Shown one piece after another: positions 18,338 through 26,586 of a DNA stretch of 64,000 nucleotides. Position 1 is the stretch's first letter. Every line of letters begins with the position of its first letter. The position numbers were made by a program, and so were the translations under genes. Source of the DNA: an uncultured virus (IMG/VR IMGVR_UViG_3300043781_000014) (Duplodnaviria; Heunggongvirae; Uroviricota; Caudoviricetes); IMG/VR virus record IMGVR_UViG_3300043781_000014, positions 1 to 64,000 of that record, one strand, 5' to 3'. The notes under the pieces are model-generated. The model made no database searches. It worked only from the letters and a program-made list of their open reading frames with translations, and had not been told where the DNA came from.

Positions 18338-21300
18338 GTGAAAATATTGCCAAAGATAGATATTGGTGCTTATCGACAAGTAGCAAGTAAAAAGAAGAAA
18401 CCTTTTCATGTAGACTCTAAGTCTGCTGGACAAGCACTAGATCATAAACAAATTAAATCACATATAGATGTAGGTGCTTATGGTGGAGTATCAGACGCTT
18501 ATAAGAATAAAGGTCATAAGTCTGGTTCTTCTAAAGGTGGGGACGATAGAGATATTTCAAAGGCTGATGAAAACTATAAACAAATAATGCAGGAGTCTTT
18601 GAATCTAAGACAGATCCCTACTCCTCGTTATCCTACTCATATAGATCATAAGCCGGGTGATATAGCTAAATATGGTTCTATTTCAACGTCTGGTTATTTA
18701 CAGGTAACGGTAGCAACTATTTCGGGTACTTATCCTTTAGTTCCCCGTTCTGTATCTCATCAAATTCCAGATGACACACAAGATAAATTAATTGCTGATC
18801 TAATTTCAGTACAAGTACAAAATGATATGCAAAATGATATTCCAACTTTGACTATGATTTTAGGCAATAGTCATGATTGGTCTTCCCTTTTTGCTGTTAA
18901 TGATTTAATTCGGGTAGACTATATCTTACCAGACAAACAGTATCGTCAATTTGATAAGTGTATTTATACTGGTTTAGTTTCTAATTTAACTCGTAATGCT
19001 AATTACAATGGAGCGCAAGAAACTTATACGGTTGTAGGTCAAGGTATGGCTAAGATTATGAGTAATATTCAGTTGTCTACTTTTTCTGATTTACAGTCTA
19101 ACCTTAATGGTTATCAACTGCTCCCGGATGATGAAAAGACAGGGATTGGTTTTAAGCAACATACGTCTGCTAATATTATTAAGCAGATTATTAATCGGTT
19201 TGTTTTACAAAATCAAGGTGGAGTAAATACCTATGATTACTTAAATGGTCAAGGTGGTCGAGATATTACTGATCGGGCTACTCCAGTTAAAGCGGGGGTT
19301 GTTAATGACTTTATGGGTCAGCCAATGACTCAAGAACAATACCAAGCTTATTTAGATTCTTTACCTGATAAGGATGGCAATACTGCTGATGGCTCAGACC
19401 AAGATTCTGATACGGATCAAACGGGGAAGAATGATAATCCAGAAACTAATAATCAAGTTAATTGGTTAAATATTCCTATGCAGGTATCAGAAGATGGGGA
19501 ATTACCTATCCAGAATTTAATGGAGTTCTATATTTATGAAAACTTAGATGAGTCCTACCCAGACGCAGGCCCAAGCAATCCATTCTTAAATTACAATGGT
19601 TCTATTCTCCAGTTTATTAAAGACGTTTCTGCTAAGCCTTTTAATGAAATGTATTGGACTCATGATCGGGGGTTAGCTACTTTTAATTACCGCCCTACAC
19701 CGTTTGACCCCCAAAATTGGATGGGCTTACCTGTTAATGAGATTGCTCCCGGTGATATTATGAGCGTTAATATTCAAAACAATGACCAAGAGCAGGCTTC
19801 GATCTTTAAGCTTACGCCTACACAAGGTATGGGGATAGATCAGTATGACGGAGGCTTTACAGGGAATATGGCACCATTAACTAATATGGAGCTTATTCAC
19901 CGTTATGGTTATAAGTTAATGAATGTACAAGTTGATTACTTTAATGGTAATAAACAAGAGGATCCACTGTCACAAGTAACAGCAGGGACGACTAATGCAG
20001 ACAGTGAAGCTATGAAAGGGTGGACTCAAGAAGAAGCTATGCTTCATGCTCCTTATTACACATCTGTAGTTGATGCTTTTTATTATACTAGTGGACGTAA
20101 GGCTAATGGAGAAGATATTTCTATTCCTAAAGAAGCTGGTGGATCTGCTCAGTATAATGCTGTAAATGAAGCGATTAAAGCTTCTGGTAATGCTTATGAT
20201 TTTGCTCGTTCGGTTGCTGGGTTAGGAATTAGTCAAGAAGACGCTAATACACTATGGACAATGCGTAATCACTTTAATCGTACTAGCTACCTTAGTGTGA
20301 TGATGCCTAATTATACTCCTACTAATACAGCTATTTCTAAGAATTCTAAATACTTAAAGAGTTATGATCGGATGGCTAAAAACCCTGAAAAAGCGGCTGG
20401 TGAGCTGATTGATGAAATGGGTTATACGATTGGGCCAGAACAAGCTTGGGAGATTGTACAGTCTGCTTTAGCTCATGGAGGTAAACCTAGTGAGGCTGAT
20501 TATGACCGGATTATGAATTCAGTTCCTTTTGACCAAGGACATGATGGTATTAATGGATCACCAGATAGTGGTCAGCAATCTGTACCTTTCTTATTCCTTA
20601 GATATACCCAGAAATTATTTGATTGGTACGCAGATAATGCTAAGTTTTATTCTGGTACGATTACTTTAGGCTCACTTTCTACACCAATGGTAGATTGGAT
20701 TGGTGAACGGGTAATGTTTTATGATGACCCATCTGGTGTTTGGTGGGAATTTTACTGTGAAGGTGTAACTACTAGCTGGAGTTATGCTAATGGACTACAA
20801 GTTACATTAAATGTAACCCGTGGTGTTCCTTTAAGATCTGAAACAGGCGACTTTTACCGTAGATTTACGGAACCATGGAGTTTTAAGGGTAAGTTTACTC
20901 GTTTCCTAGGTGGTTACTTTGGTGAACAAAATCTTGCTACTGCTATTTCTAATGCAAGTAAAGATAGTGGTGGGAGATAGTGGCGGGAAAGGTTCTGGAG
21001 ATCTTATAGAAAAAGCTAAGGATATTATGAATAATGAAAATTGGAGCTATTCACAACCTATGCGTACGGACTTTCGCAAGAATGGTCATGCAGATTGTTC
21101 AAGTTTTGTCTGGTATGTATGTAATGCTTGTGGGTATGATGTAGGTTCATCTGCCTTTACAACTTATACAGAACCTAGTATTTTAGATGAAATTAGTGCT
21201 GATGATACTGGTTCGGGGTCTATTGTTGTTAATGATAATGGTGGTAATTCACACACTGCTTTTCTTGAAGAGAAGTGGAAGGGTGATGATACAGCAATCA

Positions 21301-21419
21301 TTAATATGGGTGGTCGAGACAATCACGGTGGACCTAGTGGAGATGTTAATGAAGATACCTATGGAATGGCTTTTGCTAAAGGTGGGTCAATAAAATTTTA
21401 TAAGCCAAAAAAGAAGTAA
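18338..21419 (+). CDS. baseplate hub / tail lysin with C-terminal NlpC/P60 peptidase; apparent +1 frameshift at ~20973
   Basis: KPFNEMYW, RPTPFDP, YGYK, TLNVTRG motifs of the K-like hub; DCSSFV...HT in the downstream frame. Confidence 0.75.
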
Positions 21420-21544
21420 GATTGAATTGAATTGATTTGATTAGGATTCCTTATTAAGAAATAGAGAATTTAACTTCTCTATTTTTTTTTAAATTTTTGC
21501 TATCAAGTTGTGATATAATAATTTTAGTTTAAAAGTGAAAGAAG

Positions 21545-21745
21545 TTGTTGCTAATTAAAGCTAGGCGGGGAAAGTGGTTGTTAGCTGGATTAGCTACTAT
21601 CTCATTAGGAGCTTTATCGGTTACAGTCCATGCTGATACTCAAAATGTGCAAGATAATGCTAATGTGTTATCCGCTAAGACTGAACGTTATATTGATAAG
21701 GTTAAAATGGAAGAGGGAGACTTAGCTACGCTGTGGTGTGAATAA
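21545..21745 (+). CDS. short signal-peptide protein, possibly a truncated remnant
   Basis: KWLLAGLATISLGALSVTVHA/D is a Sec signal with a VHA cleavage site; TG-n-TATAAT upstream. Confidence 0.45.
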   Translation: MLLIKARRGKWLLAGLATISLGALSVTVHADTQNVQDNANVLSAKTERYIDKVKMEEGDLATLWCE

Positions 21746-21847
21746 TCTTGACTTTTGTTAGCTAATGTATTAATATAAGTGTATAGCATATCAATCTTTA
21801 TTTTTTAGCTAGGCTTTGGCTTAGCTTTTTTATTTTTGTATTTTTTG

Positions 21848-21894
21848 TACAAAAGTAGTTGAAAATTCAACTAAAAGTGTTATACTTAAAACAT
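21848..21894 (+). promoter_or_regulatory. early promoter with palindromic operator (copy 2)
   Basis: 47 bp identical to 695-741, followed by the same AAGGAAAGGAAG RBS. Confidence 0.8.
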
Positions 21895-21918
21895 GAATTA
21901 AGGAAAGGAAGCATAACA

Positions 21919-22431
21919 ATGAAGAAAGGTAGTACATCTGATTTAGTAGAAGATATTAATAAGAAGTATGATCCAGAAACGATTAAGAAAACATTGATTA
22001 AGTTTCAGCAATTGCAAGAATTGGGTTGGGAGATTATCATTGATCCTGTAGAGAATGAGGCTTATAGTATTAAATCTGATGATGAAACAAAAATTGTTTA
22101 TCGTCCTTATGTATATCCGCCTGAGCGACACGGTGAAGATTATATCTTGAACTTAGATACTTCTTTTGACTCATATTATAGTTATTTACAATGTTTAGTT
22201 GATACTGTTAAGGCTGTTTCTAAGTTAGATAATCATTATAATTGTCCTTATTGCTCTATGATTAATGGAGAAGGTAAAAAGATAGAAATTGATAAAGATT
22301 CTTATATGAGATATAAGACTGATGGTGATATTATAAGGTTGATCGTTTATCGGAGTGATACTATTGAACCCGAAGAGGTACAGGATATTGACTCTAGTTA
22401 TTGTATGATTTGTGGGAGGAAATTATCATGA
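21919..22431 (+). CDS. hypothetical protein with CPYC...CMICGRKL Zn ribbon
   Basis: ATG 21919 after RBS; two CxxC pairs. Confidence 0.7.
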   Translation: MKKGSTSDLVEDINKKYDPETIKKTLIKFQQLQELGWEIIIDPVENEAYSIKSDDETKIVYRPYVYPPERHGEDYILNLDTSFDSYYSYLQCLVDTVKAVSKLDNHYNCPYCSMINGEGKKIEIDKDSYMRYKTDGDIIRLIVYRSDTIEPEEVQDIDSSYCMICGRKLS

Positions 22432-22817
22432 GTAATCAAAAACCAAAAGGTATTGGGGACGTAAAGATTACCCAAAAAGACGTAGATGATTTTTTCAATT
22501 CTATCCACACGGACGCTTTAGTAGACAGTATTAAGATGTCTTATAAACCAACTTTTAAAGTTAAAGTAAAGAAAACACGCAAGTTTCATTCAGCAGAGGC
22601 TTGGATTGTAAAAGATTGTCAAGGTAATTATGTAACGTCTGTAGAGTTCTTACGGGGTACGCCTAAGAATGCTAAGACTGCTTATTATAACAAGCCTGCA
22701 TTTGATATTCTTAAATTCGGACAAATTTGTGTGTTTAATAATTATTTAGAAGCTTGTGCAGTTGCTAATGAATGCGGTGGTAAGGTCTATGAATTAGGAT
22801 TAATTAAAGTGGGGTAG
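22428..22817 (+). CDS. hypothetical protein
   Basis: ATGA overlap, GGGAGG RBS. Confidence 0.7.
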   Translation: MSNQKPKGIGDVKITQKDVDDFFNSIHTDALVDSIKMSYKPTFKVKVKKTRKFHSAEAWIVKDCQGNYVTSVEFLRGTPKNAKTAYYNKPAFDILKFGQICVFNNYLEACAVANECGGKVYELGLIKVG

Positions 22818-22823
22818 GCTAAA

Positions 22824-23279
22824 ATGGGTATAGAAGATTTTATTAATCATTTAAGAAGACTTGAAATAAGTGTATGTAGGTTAGATGGTACTCGCTATAT
22901 CTTACATACTAAGTATACTAAGAGTGCTTTTTTAGTTATCAACTTAGACTTAGATGAGCTTATAGAGAGTTGTCATTGGAATAATTTAAGTCATATAGAC
23001 TATGGATGCTTATTGTTAGTTATGAATGAGGTAGAAGACTTTAGAAAGACACCTATTAAGTTGCGCTATAAATTAAAGAAATATACTATTCAAGTATTAA
23101 TTGGTAATTCTTTAGGCTATCTTAAATATTATTTACCAGATAAAGAATTTGGTATTGGTAGTAGTATTGATTCAGATGATTATCGAATTGTTTTTACCAA
23201 AGATGAGATCGAAGAGATTAAAAAACGTGACGATATTGCTGTTGATTGGGATAAGGTAGAGCTAAGAGAGGTATATTAA
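22824..23279 (+). CDS. hypothetical phage protein
   Basis: Operon spacing; C-terminal FTKDEIEEIK..D.AVDW motif common in lactic-acid-bacterial phage proteins. Confidence 0.7.
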   Translation: MGIEDFINHLRRLEISVCRLDGTRYILHTKYTKSAFLVINLDLDELIESCHWNNLSHIDYGCLLLVMNEVEDFRKTPIKLRYKLKKYTIQVLIGNSLGYLKYYLPDKEFGIGSSIDSDDYRIVFTKDEIEEIKKRDDIAVDWDKVELREVY

Positions 23280-23280
23280 G

Positions 23281-23772
23281 ATGATTAAGTATGATAAAAA
23301 AGATCACACCTTAGAGGTTGATACCCCTAATGCTAAGCTTAAACTAGATCAAAATGACTTACTTTCTTTACGTCAATCCCTCTTTGATTTGCCTGCTCAT
23401 AATTCAAGTGAATTGATTAATTTAAATTATTTGAAAGACTTATATAGTAATCATCAAAAGTATCTTACGTATTTAGCTTATAATATGGTTTATAATTTAA
23501 TCTTAAAATACATCTATGAGGATTTTAATACATCTGAATGGTACATTCCCTATGATTACGAGGGTGTGGCATCTTTTTCAGGTAGTGAATTGATTCCCGG
23601 GTATAAAGATACCATTTTATGGGGAGGTATTCCTGATAAGCTTATTTTGGAACAAGCTGAATTAGTTTTAAAAGATTTAGAATCTCATGGAATTAAGATT
23701 AAAAACTCTTATACCGAAGATGGTGAATTGATAGTATATGTAGACGAAAGTATTTTTAAGGATGGTAAATAA
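23281..23772 (+). CDS. hypothetical protein
   Basis: GAGG RBS, tight spacing. Confidence 0.7.
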   Translation: MIKYDKKDHTLEVDTPNAKLKLDQNDLLSLRQSLFDLPAHNSSELINLNYLKDLYSNHQKYLTYLAYNMVYNLILKYIYEDFNTSEWYIPYDYEGVASFSGSELIPGYKDTILWGGIPDKLILEQAELVLKDLESHGIKIKNSYTEDGELIVYVDESIFKDGK

Positions 23773-23774
23773 TT

Positions 23775-24308
23775 ATGTATGCACTTTATAATACAAAGAC
23801 TGGTAATTATGTAAAATCAATTGGTACTTCTGCTTTTGATAATGCGAAGATTTATTCTGAAACGGCTATGCTGGCTGAAGTTCCTTTTCTTAGTAAAGAT
23901 CTTTATACAGCAGACCAGTTAAAGAATTTTAACACCCTAGCTAATATGGCTGATGGTACTTTAGGGAATAAGGCTGTATCAATTGAAGACTCACTTAATT
24001 GGGGGTTAAATAAGGTTGGTTCTCTGCTTTATTCTACTACCCGTGATATTTATAATAAGGATCTTATTAAGGGTGAAGACTTAGGCTCATTAACAGACAC
24101 TTTTATTTCAATGATGTCTAGCTATCTTGATTTTGACGTTAATGCTTATCTAAAGGATAAAGCTACTTATTTAGCTACTTTTAATGGACCAATTAATGAT
24201 GAATTGGCTAAGAAAGCACAAGAAGCTCAGAATGCTAAGAAACAAGCACAGGCTGAGAATGATCAGAAGCAAGCTGAGATTGAAGCAAAGAATAAAGTAA
24301 AGGATTAA
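23775..24308 (+). CDS. hypothetical protein, paralog of 24325-24957
   Basis: MYALYNTKTGNYVK vs MKYALYNNKENKFVK. Confidence 0.7.
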   Translation: MYALYNTKTGNYVKSIGTSAFDNAKIYSETAMLAEVPFLSKDLYTADQLKNFNTLANMADGTLGNKAVSIEDSLNWGLNKVGSLLYSTTRDIYNKDLIKGEDLGSLTDTFISMMSSYLDFDVNAYLKDKATYLATFNGPINDELAKKAQEAQNAKKQAQAENDQKQAEIEAKNKVKD

Positions 24309-24324
24309 GGTAGGGTGTTAAACT

Positions 24325-24957
24325 ATGAAATATGCTCTTTATAACAATAAGGAAAATAAGTTTGTTAAGCTTTTAGCTACTCGAATGTTAAGTCATGAAA
24401 CTATTTATGAATTAACATCTGATGTGGAAGAAGTTAAAGAATTGACTGATAAGCCATATACAGAAGCAGAGCTACATCATTTTGAAGAAGTAGCTGGAGT
24501 AGAAAAAGGGTCTTTTGAAAATTACAAATTAAGTATGCAAGATGAGGAGGCTTATACGGTATATAATGCAGGAGATAAAGCTTTGCAATCTATCCATGAT
24601 TATTTGTGTATGTTAGATCCTCGTAATGTAGATAGTATTGCTGATTTTGTAGATCGGATTCAAACAACTATCTACAACTTGACTGATTTTGATATGGAAG
24701 AGTATTTTGAAGATAAAGATGATCCTCGTATGCACCTGCGACTAAATGGTTTTAATCGTCCGGTTGTTTTCATTGTTGAGTACACCTATAGCGATGACTA
24801 TGGTTCCTATACTAGCTCTGATGTTTTTGCTTATAGAGAAGATGCTGAGGGGTTTGTTAGAAAGTTGAAAGACTTACCATCTGGGGTATCTGATATATCA
24901 GTCAGTCCTAGGATTGTTTATCTTGATAAAGATAAAACTTTAGATAATGTTGATTAG
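24325..24957 (+). CDS. hypothetical protein, paralog of 23775-24308
   Basis: Collinear similarity through DFDVNAYLKDK / DFDMEEYFEDK. Confidence 0.7.
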   Translation: MKYALYNNKENKFVKLLATRMLSHETIYELTSDVEEVKELTDKPYTEAELHHFEEVAGVEKGSFENYKLSMQDEEAYTVYNAGDKALQSIHDYLCMLDPRNVDSIADFVDRIQTTIYNLTDFDMEEYFEDKDDPRMHLRLNGFNRPVVFIVEYTYSDDYGSYTSSDVFAYREDAEGFVRKLKDLPSGVSDISVSPRIVYLDKDKTLDNVD

Positions 24958-24970
24958 TCTTTAATAGAGG

Positions 24971-24999
24971 TTGACAACTATGGGTCTATGTTCTATACT
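24971..24999 (+). promoter_or_regulatory. consensus SigA promoter
   Basis: TTGACA-17 bp-TATACT. Confidence 0.85.
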
Positions 25000-25005
25000 A
25001 TGTTT

Positions 25006-25231
25006 ATGGTTAGGGACTAGCCATGGTAAAAGAGTTTAGTTCTGTAAGTTAGGTATTCAGAATACTGATGTAATATCCTAAATACTACTAGATGTTCCCA
25101 GAAACCACCTACTAAAGTGGGTGTGTAGTTCATTAATAATGTTCCTTATTTCAGTAGGGAAACTGTTTCAAACTTTTATCTGAATTCTTTGTTTGTTTTT
25201 CTTTGGCAGGGTTTGTCCCTGTTTTTTTTTT
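25006..25231 (+). ncRNA. candidate orphan IS200/IS605-type TnpB omega-RNA (scaffold 25006-~25133 + guide)
   Basis: 5' hairpin ATGGTTAG-GGA-CTAGCCAT; long central stem; GTTCCCAGAA; hairpin CACCTAC-TAAA-GTGGGTG; end TAGTTCA; terminator CAGGG-TTTGT-CCCTG then T run. Confidence 0.65.
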
Positions 25232-25275
25232 ATTTTAGCTATTGTATTTTAATTAAAGTGTGTTATACTATAGTC

Positions 25276-25398
25276 ATGGTTATGTTAATGAAGCATTTAG
25301 TCAGACTGGCAGTGACTCTATGTTTGTTTGCATTACCTCCTTTATATTAGATTAGTCGATTAAAAGAGTGCTTATCCGATTGGGTAGGTGCTCTTTTT
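25276..25398 (+). ncRNA. candidate sRNA with anti-Shine-Dalgarno motif, or leaderless 24-aa hydrophobic peptide mRNA
   Basis: TTGTAT...TG-n-TATACT 25264-25269; CATTACCTCCTTT; terminator AAAAGAGTGCTTATCC-GATT-GGGTAGGTGCTCTTTTT. Confidence 0.5.
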
Positions 25399-25475
25399 GT
25401 TTGGGTCTATATTAATTAATGACCACTAAGATATATCTTAAGTTTAACCTTTTATTTGAAAGGAAAGTGATTATA

Positions 25476-26416
25476 ATCGCGACTGTAAGCAACCAAACGG
25501 TTAGGTATTAGCTGTTTCAAAATTTCCTCTAAACGGGTATAGCTAAATAAATAGTAGTAATAAAAGAGAATAAGCTAGTAAGAGAGACTAAGCCCTGTAA
25601 TCTACTAGGGGTAGAGTTGACCAACCGTTCTAAATAAAAAGACTAACGACTAAAGTTCTAATAATTTATTAGATAAGAGCCTTATGGTGTAATGAGGAAG
25701 ATTCCTACTAAGGAATAAGATATAGTCTAATTTTATATGAAAGTATAAATATAATTTTTGTAATACCTCCAACCGAATTTATATTATGGCAAAGAACCAC
25801 TTAATTGCACGTGCCCAAAGCTTGACAGCTAATAGAAGTTACGGTACTGAGGGTGTATACGAAATCGGATCCATTAACTAGCATAGTGGTGGTTAACAGT
25901 AATGTTAATTGAAAAATTCTACTAAACGGGTAAAGCTGAATAACTGAATTGAATAGGCTAGTAAGAGAGGCTACGTCCAGAGGTGGATAGAGCTAACCAA
26001 CCGTTCTAAAACAAAAGACTAACGATTAAGTCCTTATTAGATTAAGATAAGGTAATGTAGAACCTCTTATAGAGAGGAAGATATAATCTAATCTTTTTAG
26101 AAATAAGTAGTTAATATAATGTATGCCAAGGGAACACGTATACCTAAAATATACGGGTTCTCTTACACTAGAAAGATTTCGTATGGTACGAGATAACCTT
26201 GCATCTAAACAAATGGATATAGCCCATCTGGGAGAAGACATCTTGCAAGCTGACGTTTTAACCATTTCTGTAATGGATAGCGTTACTAAAATGGTAGTCG
26301 AAGCGTTTTACGGATGCAGTGCTTCCACCTACAACACCAGTTATAGAGCCAATCAAATCGTATCTGAATCTATTGAGTTTCTTTACCTCAGCTCTTCGAC
26401 TGGCTCACAGTCATAA
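25476..26416 (+). CDS. major tail tube protein, join(25476..25501,25761..25874,26122..26416), 144 aa
   Basis: Spliced product (M)ATVSNQTVNTSNRIYIMAKNHLIARAQSLTANRSYGTEGVYEIGSIMPREHVYLKY...GCSASTYN...EFLYL is collinear with K/Twort tail tube proteins. Start is ATC (or GTG 25467). Confidence 0.9.
25502..25760 (+). ncRNA. group I intron 1 (259 nt, no ORF) in tail tube gene
   Basis: P1 AAACGGU/GCUGUUU with U-G at the splice site; P10 AGGUAUUA/UAAUACCU; P7 GACUA/UAGUC with AAGAUAUAGUC; terminal G. Confidence 0.9.
25875..26121 (+). ncRNA. group I intron 2 (247 nt, no ORF) in tail tube gene
   Basis: P1 CCAU/GUGG; P10 GCAUA/UAUGC; P7 GAUUA/UAAUC (compensatory relative to intron 1); terminal G. Confidence 0.9.
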
Positions 26417-26454
26417 TTATTATATGGTGTATTGATAACTAAATAAATTAATTT

Positions 26455-26503
26455 AATAGCGTATATCATAATCTAATATCTAGGTAACGATATACGCTAT
26501 TTT
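26455..26503 (+). terminator. hairpin after tail tube gene
   Basis: AATAGCGTATATC...GATATACGCTATT then T run. Confidence 0.65.
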
Positions 26504-26586
26504 ATATACTTTATTTCTTTTGATAAAATATACTCTTGAATGATAAATTAATTGGGGTATAATTATATAAGAAAGAAGGAATAGTA

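Noticed and set aside
21421..21440. ATTGA tandem repeat (x3-4)
   Set aside because: Short low-complexity tract with no supporting context.
25017..25133. 38-aa minus-strand ORF (MNYTPTLVGG...) with an AAGGA RBS-like sequence
   Set aside because: It is antisense to a strongly promoted structured RNA in an all-plus-strand region, and IS605-type ends read ATGAACTAC in reverse. Probably a shadow ORF.
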